NCBI GenBank assembly: GCA_903919065.1
Contig: CAIXHD010000426.1
Span: forward strand, 1,580-65,579
Source of the DNA: an uncultured Bacteroidota bacterium
Lineage (GTDB): Bacteria > Bacteroidota > Bacteroidia > Bacteroidales > UBA12481
Length of the DNA stretch: 64,000 bases
Direction of reading: 5' to 3'
The stretch's first letter is position 1. The number at the start of each line of letters is the position of its first letter. Both the position numbers and the translations under genes were made by a program. The notes under the pieces were generated by a model that had not been told where the DNA came from, made no database searches, and saw nothing but the letters and a program-made list of their open reading frames with translations. Positions 27,532-37,284 of this stretch are shown in pieces.

Positions 27532-28659
27532 ATGAATAAGAGGGAATTTTTAAAGAATGTTGCTACGACAGGGATTCCCCTCTGTTTTTATGGTATTAAT
27601 GGAATTGGAGCTAAAACTTTTATCAATATGACCAGTCAGGATAACCTTAAGCCCGGTGAGCGCGAAGCCAGACACTACATTGAGACTCCCAGGGGAATTA
27701 AATGCCTGATTTGCCCGAATGAATGTACTCTCAAGGAGGGTGAACTCAGCATTTGTCATAATCGTATTGCACGTGATGGCAAGTTATATACAATGGCATA
27801 TGGGAACCCATGTGCTGTGAATATTGATCCCGTTGAGAAGAAGCCCCTGCTCCACTTTTTCCCTGGCTCCAAATGCTTTAGTATTGCTACAGCCGGATGT
27901 AATTTTGCTTGTCTGAATTGTCAGAACTGGGAAATCAGCCAGACTAGCCCAAGCAAAACCCGTAATTTCAATGCTAATCCGGAATCAGTTGTCAACCAAG
28001 CGATAAGAGAAGAATGCCACTCTATAGCTTATACCTATTCCGAGCCCGTTACTTTTTTTGAATACATGCTGGATACGGCCACTTTTGCGAGAAGCCGCAG
28101 AATAAAAAATGTATTGGTATCAAACGGGTATATTAATCAGGAACCGTTATTGGAACTTTGCAAAGTTATTGATGCGGCAAATATTGATCTGAAGACTTTC
28201 GATCCGGTTACGCATCTCAAGCTCACGGCCGGCAATTTGAAACCGGTACTGGAAACATTAAAAACGCTAAAAGATCAAGGGGTATGGCTTGAAATCACCA
28301 ATCTTTTAATACCCGATTGGACGGATAATTTTGATCAGATCACGAAGATGTGTGATTGGCTCGCTAAAGAGGGATTTCAGGATTACCCATTGCATTTCAG
28401 TCGTTTCCAGCCTCAGCACAAGCTCACCCGGTTGCCATCCACTCCACTGCAGTCCCTTACCAAGGCAAAAGATATAGCAATGAAGGCCGGCCTGAAATAT
28501 GTATATATAGGCAATGTCCCCGGCATAGGAGGCGAAGATACTTATTGTGCCAATTGTAAGGTTTTATTAGTCAAGAGGAATGGGTTTGAGGTTGAGCAGA
28601 ATCTTGTCAATAGTGGGCGCTGTCCGAAATGCCAGTCGACTATAGCCGGAAGATGGTGA
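27532..28659 (+). CDS. AmmeMemoRadiSam system radical SAM enzyme
   Basis: 375 aa. CxxxCxxC motif as GCNFACLNC, upstream Cys cluster CLICPNEC...SICHNR, C-terminal CANC...CPKC, and N-terminal Tat-like MNKREFLKNVATTG. Confidence 0.85.
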   Translation: MNKREFLKNVATTGIPLCFYGINGIGAKTFINMTSQDNLKPGEREARHYIETPRGIKCLICPNECTLKEGELSICHNRIARDGKLYTMAYGNPCAVNIDPVEKKPLLHFFPGSKCFSIATAGCNFACLNCQNWEISQTSPSKTRNFNANPESVVNQAIREECHSIAYTYSEPVTFFEYMLDTATFARSRRIKNVLVSNGYINQEPLLELCKVIDAANIDLKTFDPVTHLKLTAGNLKPVLETLKTLKDQGVWLEITNLLIPDWTDNFDQITKMCDWLAKEGFQDYPLHFSRFQPQHKLTRLPSTPLQSLTKAKDIAMKAGLKYVYIGNVPGIGGEDTYCANCKVLLVKRNGFEVEQNLVNSGRCPKCQSTIAGRW

Positions 28660-28755
28660 TATATATCAATTTATTATTGATCTACATCAGTTTTTCAATG
28701 ATAAATGATATTGTTAGCTATGGCAATATCTACATTTATATATAGGGGAAAATTC

Positions 28756-28763
28756 TACTTTTG
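28756..28763 (+). promoter_or_regulatory. Bacteroidota-type -7 promoter element TAnnTTTG (TACTTTTG) for the nuo operon
   Basis: Exact motif 21 nt upstream of ATG 28785. It overlaps the TTG used by the ORF track. Confidence 0.5.
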
Positions 28764-28784
28764 GCTCATAATTTTCTAAACACT

Positions 28785-29138
28785 ATGAGCAGCGAATCCC
28801 TGGTTCTGTTCTTTATTGTCGGTGTGGTTTTGGTTGGAGGAGCAGTTTTGTTCTCCCATTTTGTAGCACCGAGTTTTAGTAAGTCACCCGCGAAGTTCGA
28901 ACCCTACGAATGCGGCATCCCGGCCCAAGGTAATGCCTGGATACAGTTTAATGTCGGGTATTATCTGTTTGCCATTGTCTATTTGATTTTCGACGTGGAA
29001 ACGGTATTTGTATTTCCCTGGGGTGTAGTTATGAAAGAAATCGGCTTAAGGGCTTTTATCGAGATCGTAATTTTCTTCCTGATTCTCGGTTTAGGTCTAT
29101 TATATGCCTGGAAAAAAGACGCATTGAAATGGGTGTAA
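28785..29138 (+). CDS. nuoA: NADH-quinone oxidoreductase subunit A
   Basis: Three-TM protein with the FEPYECGIP motif. The start was set to ATG 28785. Confidence 0.9.
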   Translation: MSSESLVLFFIVGVVLVGGAVLFSHFVAPSFSKSPAKFEPYECGIPAQGNAWIQFNVGYYLFAIVYLIFDVETVFVFPWGVVMKEIGLRAFIEIVIFFLILGLGLLYAWKKDALKWV

Positions 29139-29689
29139 AAATCAAATCCATGAAAAATGAAGATTTCCGGGATAATGAATCCCTGGAAATCTTCAAACAG
29201 TCTGGTGGCAATATTTTGTTGACTACCATTGATGACCTCATTAACTGGGGCCGGTCGAATTCGGTTTGGCCGCTTACCTTTGCAACAAGTTGCTGTGGTA
29301 TTGAAATGATGGCTGCGGGTGCTCCCAGGCATGATTTCGCCCGTTTTGGCGTAGAAGTATACCGAGCTTCACCTCGTCAGGCTGATGTTATTGTTGTTGC
29401 AGGTACGGTGGTACATAAGATGGCTCCGGTACTTAAACGGCTTTATGATCAGATGGCCGAGCCCAAATTTGTTATCGCTATGGGTGCCTGTGCATGTTCA
29501 GGAGGCCCCTTCTATTATAATACCTATTCCGTGGTAAGAGGTGTTGACCATGTCATTCCGGTTGATGTATATATCCCGGGCTGCCCTCCCCGTCCGGAAG
29601 CCTTATTATATGGCATCATGCAGCTGCAGCGCAAAATGAGAACTGAAACCATTGCGAGTCCGCGCGACCCCATGGAGAACTTTATTTAA
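29129..29689 (+). CDS. nuoB: NADH-quinone oxidoreductase subunit B
   Basis: [17 protein letters not shown] and PGCPPRPE (N2 cluster ligands). Confidence 0.93.
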   Translation: MGVKIKSMKNEDFRDNESLEIFKQSGGNILLTTIDDLINWGRSNSVWPLTFATSCCGIEMMAAGAPRHDFARFGVEVYRASPRQADVIVVAGTVVHKMAPVLKRLYDQMAEPKFVIAMGACACSGGPFYYNTYSVVRGVDHVIPVDVYIPGCPPRPEALLYGIMQLQRKMRTETIASPRDPMENFI

Positions 29690-29699
29690 TCAGCCGGAT

Positions 29700-30155
29700 A
29701 TGGAAAAAGAGCAATTAGGTTTAGTCCTGGCAGAATTGTTTCCTGCCATGGAGGTAGTTACCTCAGGGGAGCATGTGAGAGTTAAAGCCGCACCAGCGGA
29801 ATTTCATAAATTGGCCACCACCCTGCGTGATGACAGCCGGTTTCAATTCGACTTCCTTTTCAATCTTTACGGCGTCGACCGTGAAGACAAGTTTTCGCTG
29901 ATTTACAACTTTGAATCAACAAAACTTGGACATATCATCGATATTGAAACTGATCTCGCTGATCATGACAATCCTGTGATGGATACCGTGAGCGACTTAT
30001 GGAAGACAGCTGAATTTCAGGAGCGCGAAATCTATGACCTGATGGGCGTTAAATTCTCCAACCATCCCGATTTGCGCCGGCTTTTCCTGGAAGATGGCTG
30101 GGGTTTTCCGCTGAGAAAAGATTACAAGGACGATATTAACTTTATCGAACGTTAG
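29700..30155 (+). CDS. nuoC: NADH-quinone oxidoreductase subunit C
   Basis: EREIYDLMGVKFSNHPDLRRLF motif. The ATG at 29700 is preferred over the track start inside nuoB. Confidence 0.88.
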   Translation: MEKEQLGLVLAELFPAMEVVTSGEHVRVKAAPAEFHKLATTLRDDSRFQFDFLFNLYGVDREDKFSLIYNFESTKLGHIIDIETDLADHDNPVMDTVSDLWKTAEFQEREIYDLMGVKFSNHPDLRRLFLEDGWGFPLRKDYKDDINFIER

Positions 30156-30158
30156 CAC

Positions 30159-31289
30159 ATGCAGGAAGTTGAATTTTCAGATATTCTGACCGCCCAAGAG
30201 GACGGAGATTATATCGTAAATATCGGACCACAACACCCATCAACACACGGTGTTATGCGGTTTGTCGTTTCATTGAAGGGCGAAATGCTGGATTACGTTG
30301 TACCGCATTGCGGATACATACACCGGGGCATTGAAAAAATGTGCGAACGGATGACTTATCCTCAAATAATCCATCTGACTGACAGAATGGATTATTTATC
30401 GGCACACATGAACAACGAAGCTGTTTCCATACTCGTGGAAAAAGCTCTCGGGGTTGAAGTTCCCGAACGAGTGAAATATATCAGAACTATTCTCTCTGAA
30501 CTGCAGCGTATTGCATCGCACCAACTTTGGTGGGCTGCTTTCGGCATGGACATGGGCGGATTAACCTGTTTCTTCTATGGTTTAAGAGACAGGGAAAAAA
30601 TCCTGGATATTTTCGAAGAATCCTTTGGTTCCAGGTTATTGCACAGCTTTATTTGCCCTGGCGGCCTGATGGGTGATATACATCCGAACTTTCAAAAACG
30701 CACCAAAGAATTCATTACCTATTTCCGTAAAAAGCTACCTGAATATGATCAGTTACTGACAGGTAATATAATATTCGAGCAGCGGACAAAAGGCATGGGG
30801 ATCATGTCGAAAGAAGATGCCATCAGTTTTGGAGCTACCGGCCCAACCGGTCGCGGTTCAAATTTTGCCTGTGATATACGGAAGAAATTCCCATACAGTG
30901 CTTACGACAAAGTTGATTTCAAGGAGATCCTTTATACTGAAGGTGATTCCTGGGCACGCTACAAAGTCCGCGTGGACGAGATGTGGGAATCAATGAAGAT
31001 TATTGAACAACTGATAGATAATATTCCTGAAGGTGATTATTCAACCAAAATGAAGCCGATTATCAAGCTTCCGGAAGGCGAATATTCCCAGCGGGTAGAA
31101 ACTGCCAAAGGTGATCTTGGAGTTTTCGTGGTCAGCAAAGGGGAAAAGTATCCCTACAGGATGCATTTCCGGACCCCAAACTTCAGTAACCTATTTGTTA
31201 TAAGCCAACTGTGCAAAGGAAACAAGATTGCTGACCTCATAGCGATCAGTGGCTCACTCGACCTTGTTATTCCTGATATTGACCGATAA
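30159..31289 (+). CDS. nuoD: NADH-quinone oxidoreductase subunit D
   Basis: [21 protein letters not shown] and C-terminal DLVIPDIDR. Confidence 0.93.
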   Translation: MQEVEFSDILTAQEDGDYIVNIGPQHPSTHGVMRFVVSLKGEMLDYVVPHCGYIHRGIEKMCERMTYPQIIHLTDRMDYLSAHMNNEAVSILVEKALGVEVPERVKYIRTILSELQRIASHQLWWAAFGMDMGGLTCFFYGLRDREKILDIFEESFGSRLLHSFICPGGLMGDIHPNFQKRTKEFITYFRKKLPEYDQLLTGNIIFEQRTKGMGIMSKEDAISFGATGPTGRGSNFACDIRKKFPYSAYDKVDFKEILYTEGDSWARYKVRVDEMWESMKIIEQLIDNIPEGDYSTKMKPIIKLPEGEYSQRVETAKGDLGVFVVSKGEKYPYRMHFRTPNFSNLFVISQLCKGNKIADLIAISGSLDLVIPDIDR

Positions 31290-31312
31290 ATCAACCGTAT
31301 ATAATAATTAAG

Positions 31313-32404
31313 ATGCCGTTTAATATTTACGACTTCTCCGGTACCACCAAGGCTGTTGATCAATTCCTTTATTCCACGATGTCGCCAACTTGGGCATTTG
31401 TGGTGGAATTAGCCATTGTGGGGATAATTATTTTGCTAGTATATGCTGTCGTTGGCCTTTACCTTGTTTATGCCGAACGTAAGGTATGTGCCTTCATGCA
31501 AAACCGTGTAGGACCCAACCGGGTCGGTAAGTGGGGGCTTATTCAAACCATTGCCGACCTTATCAAGCTTCTTATGAAGGAGCTGGTGGTAATTAGAAAA
31601 GCGGATCAACTTCTATTTAATATTGCACCGTTTATATTGATCATTGCTTCGTTCATGGCCATTGCTGCTATCCCTTTTGCTAAAGGACTGCAAGCAGTTG
31701 ACTTTAATATCGGTGTGTTTTATATGATGGCCGTTTCCTCCATCGGAGTTATCGGAACACTTCTCGCCGGCTGGTCAAGTAATAGTAAATATTCCCTGAT
31801 CGGTGCGATACGTAGCGGTGCACAGGTGGTTAGTTATGAATTATCTGTCGGTCTTTCGCTTCTGGCAGTTGTTATTTTCAGCGGATCAATGCAGTTATCG
31901 GTAATAATTGAAAGCCAGGCAAACGGCTGGTGGATTTTCAAGGGGCATATTCCTGCAATAATCGCATTTGTCATGTTTCTGGTTGCCAGTACTGCCGAAA
32001 TCAACCGCGGACCATTTGACCTTGCTGAAGCAGAATCTGAATTAACAGCTGGTTTCCACACAGAATATTCCGGTATCCGGTTTGCCTTCTTCTTCCTGGG
32101 CGAATACATGAACATGTTCATTGTTGCATCACTCGCTGCAACGGTCTTTCTGGGTGGCTGGATGCCCTTACACATTGGCAATCTTGCAGGCTTTAATCAT
32201 GTGATGGACTTTATTCCTCCCATCGTATGGTATTTCGGTAAAACGGTTTTTATCATATATGTGATCATGTGGTTTAAATGGACATTCCCAAGGTTAAGGA
32301 TCGACCAGCTGCTGACCCTGGAATGGAAATATTTACTTCCGATCAATTTGGTGAACATTCTGGTGATTGCTTTCATCGTCCTCATGGGATGGTATATTAA
32401 ATAA
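31313..32404 (+). CDS. nuoH: NADH-quinone oxidoreductase subunit H
   Basis: [19 protein letters not shown] and [16 protein letters not shown] motifs. It follows nuoD after 23 nt, leaving no room for nuoEFG. Confidence 0.93.
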   Translation: MPFNIYDFSGTTKAVDQFLYSTMSPTWAFVVELAIVGIIILLVYAVVGLYLVYAERKVCAFMQNRVGPNRVGKWGLIQTIADLIKLLMKELVVIRKADQLLFNIAPFILIIASFMAIAAIPFAKGLQAVDFNIGVFYMMAVSSIGVIGTLLAGWSSNSKYSLIGAIRSGAQVVSYELSVGLSLLAVVIFSGSMQLSVIIESQANGWWIFKGHIPAIIAFVMFLVASTAEINRGPFDLAEAESELTAGFHTEYSGIRFAFFFLGEYMNMFIVASLAATVFLGGWMPLHIGNLAGFNHVMDFIPPIVWYFGKTVFIIYVIMWFKWTFPRLRIDQLLTLEWKYLLPINLVNILVIAFIVLMGWYIK

Positions 32405-32409
32405 CGATT

Positions 32410-32949
32410 ATGAATTCAGTAGGCAAATACTTCAGTGATATTTTCTATGGAATAAAATCCCTCTGGAAAGGTCTTATGGTTACGGGATATTACTTCGTAC
32501 ATCCGGGAACTATTGTTACTCAGCAATATCCGGAAAACCGAAAAGAACTGAAAATGTTCGATCGGTTTAAAGGTGAGGTAATTCTCCAGCATGATGAAAA
32601 TAATTTTCATACTTGCAACGGGTGTGGCATCTGTCAGTTGAACTGCCCGAACGGATCCCTTGAGATCATTACGGATTCCGTAACAAATGAGGATGGAAAA
32701 TCAGAACGCATCATCGACAAGCATATTTATCACCTGTCAATGTGCACTTTCTGCGGATTGTGCATTAAAGCTTGTCCGAGCAACTCACTTGCCTGGGGGC
32801 AGGAATTTGAGCACGCCGTTTTCAATCGCGAAGCGCTCACCAAGATTTTAAATCAACCCGGATCTCTGATCAAAAAAACGCCAAAAGAGCCAAAAGCTCC
32901 AAAACCGGTGGTTACCGATACAGTTCCGACGTCAAACCCAGCTAACTAA
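32410..32949 (+). CDS. nuoI: NADH-quinone oxidoreductase subunit I (2x[4Fe-4S])
   Basis: CNGCGICQLNCP and CTFCGLCIKACP. Confidence 0.9.
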   Translation: MNSVGKYFSDIFYGIKSLWKGLMVTGYYFVHPGTIVTQQYPENRKELKMFDRFKGEVILQHDENNFHTCNGCGICQLNCPNGSLEIITDSVTNEDGKSERIIDKHIYHLSMCTFCGLCIKACPSNSLAWGQEFEHAVFNREALTKILNQPGSLIKKTPKEPKAPKPVVTDTVPTSNPAN

Positions 32950-32955
32950 ACTGAT

Positions 32956-33462
32956 ATGGCACTGAATGTTTTAATGTTTTATCTCCTTTCAGCCGTTATT
33001 GTGATCTGCTCAATTCTGACAATCACAACTACGAGGATCCTGCGTGCGGCTTTTTATCTTCTGTGCGTGCTGGTTGCCACTGCCGGCTTCTATTTCATGG
33101 TGGATTATCAGTTCATGGCAGGGGTACAATTGGTCCTCTATGCAGGGGGTATTGTTGTTTTGATCATTTTCTCCATTTTGCTGACCAGTCATATCAGCCA
33201 TAAATTTGCCAAACCAGAAGCCAGCCGGCTTATTATGGGCATTTTGGTTGGTGCTTCGGGATTCGCCCTGTCAACATTGGCGATTTTGAAGTATACCTTC
33301 ATTCCAACCACGAACCCGGCAATGAAAGTTGACATGCAGGCCATCGGGCTTCAGCTTCTCGGCACTGGTAAAAACGGATATGTACTGCCTTTTGAAGTGA
33401 TCAGTATACTTCTGCTGGCTGCAATGATCGGAGCGATCATTATTGCTAAGAAGGGTAAATAA
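32956..33462 (+). CDS. nuoJ: NADH-quinone oxidoreductase subunit J
   Basis: 168 aa, five TM helices, at the operon position and size of NuoJ. Confidence 0.85.
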   Translation: MALNVLMFYLLSAVIVICSILTITTTRILRAAFYLLCVLVATAGFYFMVDYQFMAGVQLVLYAGGIVVLIIFSILLTSHISHKFAKPEASRLIMGILVGASGFALSTLAILKYTFIPTTNPAMKVDMQAIGLQLLGTGKNGYVLPFEVISILLLAAMIGAIIIAKKGK

Positions 33463-33492
33463 TATTAAAAGTTAAAATCAAAACATCCTCAT

Positions 33493-33810
33493 ATGTTACA
33501 AGGAATTCCAATAACCTCCGTACTGATTGTCAGTGCATTTATGTTTTTTGCAGGTGTTTGCGGTTTCATTATCCGGCGTAACATGATCACCATTCTGATG
33601 TCTATAGAACTGATCCTGAACGCTGTAAATATTAACATGGTCGTTTTTAATAAATTTCTTTTCCCTGATCAGCTTCAGGGACAATTCTTCGCCCTGTTTA
33701 TTGTAGGTATCGCTGCTGCTGAAGCCTCAGTAGCAATTGCCCTCGTAATCAACATTTACAGGCGGTTGAATTCGATCAGTGTTGATAAAGTGAATGAAAT
33801 GAAGTATTAA
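33493..33810 (+). CDS. nuoK: NADH-quinone oxidoreductase subunit K
   Basis: 105 aa, three TM helices, with SIELILNAVN and AAAEASVAIAL motifs. Confidence 0.88.
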   Translation: MLQGIPITSVLIVSAFMFFAGVCGFIIRRNMITILMSIELILNAVNINMVVFNKFLFPDQLQGQFFALFIVGIAAAEASVAIALVINIYRRLNSISVDKVNEMKY

Positions 33811-33828
33811 TCCAACCAATAGGCTGTC

Positions 33829-35742
33829 ATGAATTATTCATTAACCATATTGATCCTCCTGATTCCATTCGCATCGTTCCTGTTTAACGGACTTTTCGGA
33901 ATGAAATTGAAACCGGTTATTGCCGGGCTCATTGGAACGGTTGGTCTTGGACTGGTCACCGTATTATCCTACCTCACCGCCTGGCAATATTTCTTTGTTG
34001 ACGGTATGGTCAATGGATCTTTTCCGAAGATCATTGCCATGTCGATGGACTGGATAAGTTTCTCCGACTTTTTAACTGTCAGGATGGGAATCCTTCTGGA
34101 CCCGATATCAGTAATGATGCTGGTGGTCATTTCCACCGTTTCATTCATGGTTCATATATACAGTCTGGGTTACATGCAGGGTGAAAAGGGCTTTCAGAGG
34201 TTCTATGCTTTCCTGTCGCTCTTCTCATTCTCGATGCTCGGGCTCGTATTGGCAACCAATATCTTCCAGATGTACATCTTTTGGGAGCTGGTAGGAGTTT
34301 CATCATTCCTCTTGATTGGATTCTATTATACCAAAGACTCGGCAGTTGCAGCCTCTAAAAAAGCTTTCATTGTTACCCGCTTTGCCGACCTTGGGTTCCT
34401 GATCGGGATTCTGCTTCTTTCGTATTTCACCAAGACTTTTGATTTCAGTGCTCTAACCGGTTCTGACCAGAGTATATTTGCCAATGCAGCAGGTGTTAGT
34501 TTTCTGGGCATGTCCGTTATGACATGGGCTGCACTTCTAATTTTTATGGGGGGTGCAGGTAAATCGGCCATGTTCCCGTTGCATATATGGTTACCTGACG
34601 CCATGGAAGGCCCTACTCCTGTTTCGGCCCTTATCCATGCTGCTACCATGGTTGTAGCTGGTGTTTACCTGGTTGCCAGAATGTTTCCGGTCTTTTATTT
34701 TCAGGCTCCCGAAGCTCTTACTGTTGTCGCCTATGTTGGAGGATTTACCTCCCTGTTTGCGGCAGTAATTGCCTGTACTCAATATGATATAAAGCGAGTG
34801 CTGGCCTTTTCAACTTTGTCGCAGCTCGGTTATATGATGCTGGCTCTAGGCGTTTCAGGATATGGCGGAGAAGAAGGAGTAGGATACATGGCCTCCATGT
34901 TCCACCTCTTCACCCACGCTATGTTTAAGGCTTTGCTCTTCCTGGGTGCCGGATCAATCATTCATGCAGTTCACAGCAACGTAATGCAGGATATGGGCGG
35001 ACTCCGCAAGTATCTTCCAATTACGCACGCTACGTTCCTCATTGCTTGTCTGACGATCGCAGGAGTACCTTTTCTGTCAGGTTTCTTTAGCAAGGATGAA
35101 ATTCTTGTAGCTGCCTTCCACCACGATAAACTACTGTTCGCAGTTGAATTTCTGGTTGCCGGTCTGACAGCATTTTATATGTTCCGCCTCTATTTCAACA
35201 TCTTCTGGGGCAAGGAGAAACATTATCATCATACTCCGCACGAATCGCCAAAAACGATGACTATACCATTGATGATTCTTGCTTTTGGTTCAATCTTCGC
35301 TGGTTATATCCCATTCAGCAAACTGGTTACTTCAGATGGCATACCATTTGAGACCCATATGAATTTCGCAATTGCCATACCTTCCGTACTGATAGGATTG
35401 CTGGGAATTACGATTGCATGGATACTTTATAAAAAGGAAACTGCAATACCAGAACGGATTTCAAAATCGCTGGGTGGTTTCTACACGGCCATTTATCATA
35501 AGTTTTATTTTGATGAGCTTTATCTGTTTATCACCAAGAAAATCATCTTTAATTATATATCAAGGCCCGTTGCATGGTTCGACAGACATATCGTTGATGG
35601 CTCCATGAATGGTATCGGCTGGCTGACAGTTACCAGTTCTAAGAAAATCAGGAACCTCCAATCAGGTAACCTGCCACAATATGGAATGGTCTTCGTTCTT
35701 GGGGCGATCATACTCGTTCTTGTTTTTGCTTTTATTATCTGA
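33829..35742 (+). CDS. nuoL: NADH-quinone oxidoreductase subunit L
   Basis: 637-aa antiporter-like subunit with WELVGVSSFLLIGF, GKSAMFPLHIWLPDAMEGPTPVSALIHAATMV. Confidence 0.92.
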   Translation: MNYSLTILILLIPFASFLFNGLFGMKLKPVIAGLIGTVGLGLVTVLSYLTAWQYFFVDGMVNGSFPKIIAMSMDWISFSDFLTVRMGILLDPISVMMLVVISTVSFMVHIYSLGYMQGEKGFQRFYAFLSLFSFSMLGLVLATNIFQMYIFWELVGVSSFLLIGFYYTKDSAVAASKKAFIVTRFADLGFLIGILLLSYFTKTFDFSALTGSDQSIFANAAGVSFLGMSVMTWAALLIFMGGAGKSAMFPLHIWLPDAMEGPTPVSALIHAATMVVAGVYLVARMFPVFYFQAPEALTVVAYVGGFTSLFAAVIACTQYDIKRVLAFSTLSQLGYMMLALGVSGYGGEEGVGYMASMFHLFTHAMFKALLFLGAGSIIHAVHSNVMQDMGGLRKYLPITHATFLIACLTIAGVPFLSGFFSKDEILVAAFHHDKLLFAVEFLVAGLTAFYMFRLYFNIFWGKEKHYHHTPHESPKTMTIPLMILAFGSIFAGYIPFSKLVTSDGIPFETHMNFAIAIPSVLIGLLGITIAWILYKKETAIPERISKSLGGFYTAIYHKFYFDELYLFITKKIIFNYISRPVAWFDRHIVDGSMNGIGWLTVTSSKKIRNLQSGNLPQYGMVFVLGAIILVLVFAFII

Positions 35743-35775
35743 TCATTAAGGTTTAATCCGAAATAGAAACCGATT

Positions 35776-37272
35776 ATGAATATTCTCAACCTGTTTGTTA
35801 TTATTCCCGTCCTTACGGTCATTGCGATTGTTTTTACCAAGGATTTTAAAGGCGCACGTGTTGCTGCAGCTGTTGGCATGTCACTTCAGCTCCTTACTGC
35901 GATAATTCTTGTGTTCAGCTATTTTGCCCAGCGCAAGGCCGGGATCACCGGGGATTTTCTTTATCTGAGCGATTACACCTGGTTTAAAACCCTCAATATT
36001 CATTATACTGTCGGAGTCGACAGCATTGCAGTATGGATGCTCCTTTTGGCTTCCATCGTGGTATTTGCCGGTATATTCGCATCATGGCAGGTTGAATACC
36101 TTGCCCGTGAGTTTTTTATCTCTCTGATTTTATTGGCTACGGGGGTTTTCGGATTCTTTATCTCTCTTGACCTCTTTACCATGTTCCTCTTTTATGAGCT
36201 TGCAGTAATCCCTATGTACCTTTTGATAGGTATCTGGGGTAGCGGTCCGAAAGAGTATTCCGCAATGAAACTTACCCTTATGCTCATGGGAGGTTCCGCA
36301 TTACTGATTGTTGGTTTATTAGGATTATACTTCTATTCTTCAGCTGCTGGTCCGGTTACCTTCAGTCTGCTGGAACTGTCGAAAATATCATTCCCGATCG
36401 CTATGCAGCGCTTCTTCTTCCCCTTCCTTTTTGTAGGATTCGGAATTCTTGGTGCTCTCTTCCCCTTGCATACATGGTCACCTGACGGTCACTCTTCCGC
36501 ACCAACAGCAGTATCCATGCTGCATGCCGGAGTATTGATGAAATTAGGCGGATACGGATGCCTGCGTGTTGCGATGTTCCTTTTACCTGATGCTGCACAG
36601 GAAATGGCCTGGATTTTCCTGATTCTGACTACCATCAGTGTTGTTTATGGAGCTTTCGGAGCTATCTGGCAGAAAGACCTTAAATATATCAATGCATATT
36701 CTTCAGTGAGCCATTGCGGACTCGTTCTGTTTGCTTTACTGATGATGAATAAGACCTCCATGGATGGAGCTGTTCTCCAGATGATCTCCCACGGTTTGAT
36801 GACGGCACTCTTCTTTGCTTTGATCGGCATGATTTATGGAAGGACACACACCCGGAATATTGATCAGATGGGTGGTTTAATGGCCGTTGTTCCTTTCCTC
36901 GGAGTTGCCTATGTTATTGCAGGTCTGGCTTCTTTGGGTCTTCCTGGCTTGAGTGGATTTGTTGCTGAAATGACCATCTTCTTTGGTTCTTTCCAGCACC
37001 CTGATACCTTCCATCGTGTTGCCACCATAATTGCAACAAGTTCTATTGTCATTACAGCTGTATATATCCTCCGGGTAGTTGGAAAATTGCTTCTCGGTCA
37101 GGTAAGGGAAAAAGAATATCTCGAATTCCCTGATGCAAAATGGTATGAGCGAATCAGTTTAGTTGTGCTGATTGTTCCGATCGCCATGATCGGCTTTTAC
37201 CCATCCTTTCTATCCAGCACCGTAATGGTTGCTTTAAATCCTATTGTCGAACGGTTAACAGCCATGCTATAA
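35776..37272 (+). CDS. nuoM: NADH-quinone oxidoreductase subunit M
   Basis: 498-aa antiporter-like subunit with FPLHTWSPDGHSSAPTAVSMLHAGVLMKLGGYG. Confidence 0.92.
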   Translation: MNILNLFVIIPVLTVIAIVFTKDFKGARVAAAVGMSLQLLTAIILVFSYFAQRKAGITGDFLYLSDYTWFKTLNIHYTVGVDSIAVWMLLLASIVVFAGIFASWQVEYLAREFFISLILLATGVFGFFISLDLFTMFLFYELAVIPMYLLIGIWGSGPKEYSAMKLTLMLMGGSALLIVGLLGLYFYSSAAGPVTFSLLELSKISFPIAMQRFFFPFLFVGFGILGALFPLHTWSPDGHSSAPTAVSMLHAGVLMKLGGYGCLRVAMFLLPDAAQEMAWIFLILTTISVVYGAFGAIWQKDLKYINAYSSVSHCGLVLFALLMMNKTSMDGAVLQMISHGLMTALFFALIGMIYGRTHTRNIDQMGGLMAVVPFLGVAYVIAGLASLGLPGLSGFVAEMTIFFGSFQHPDTFHRVATIIATSSIVITAVYILRVVGKLLLGQVREKEYLEFPDAKWYERISLVVLIVPIAMIGFYPSFLSSTVMVALNPIVERLTAML

Positions 37273-37284
37273 AACATTACAGAA

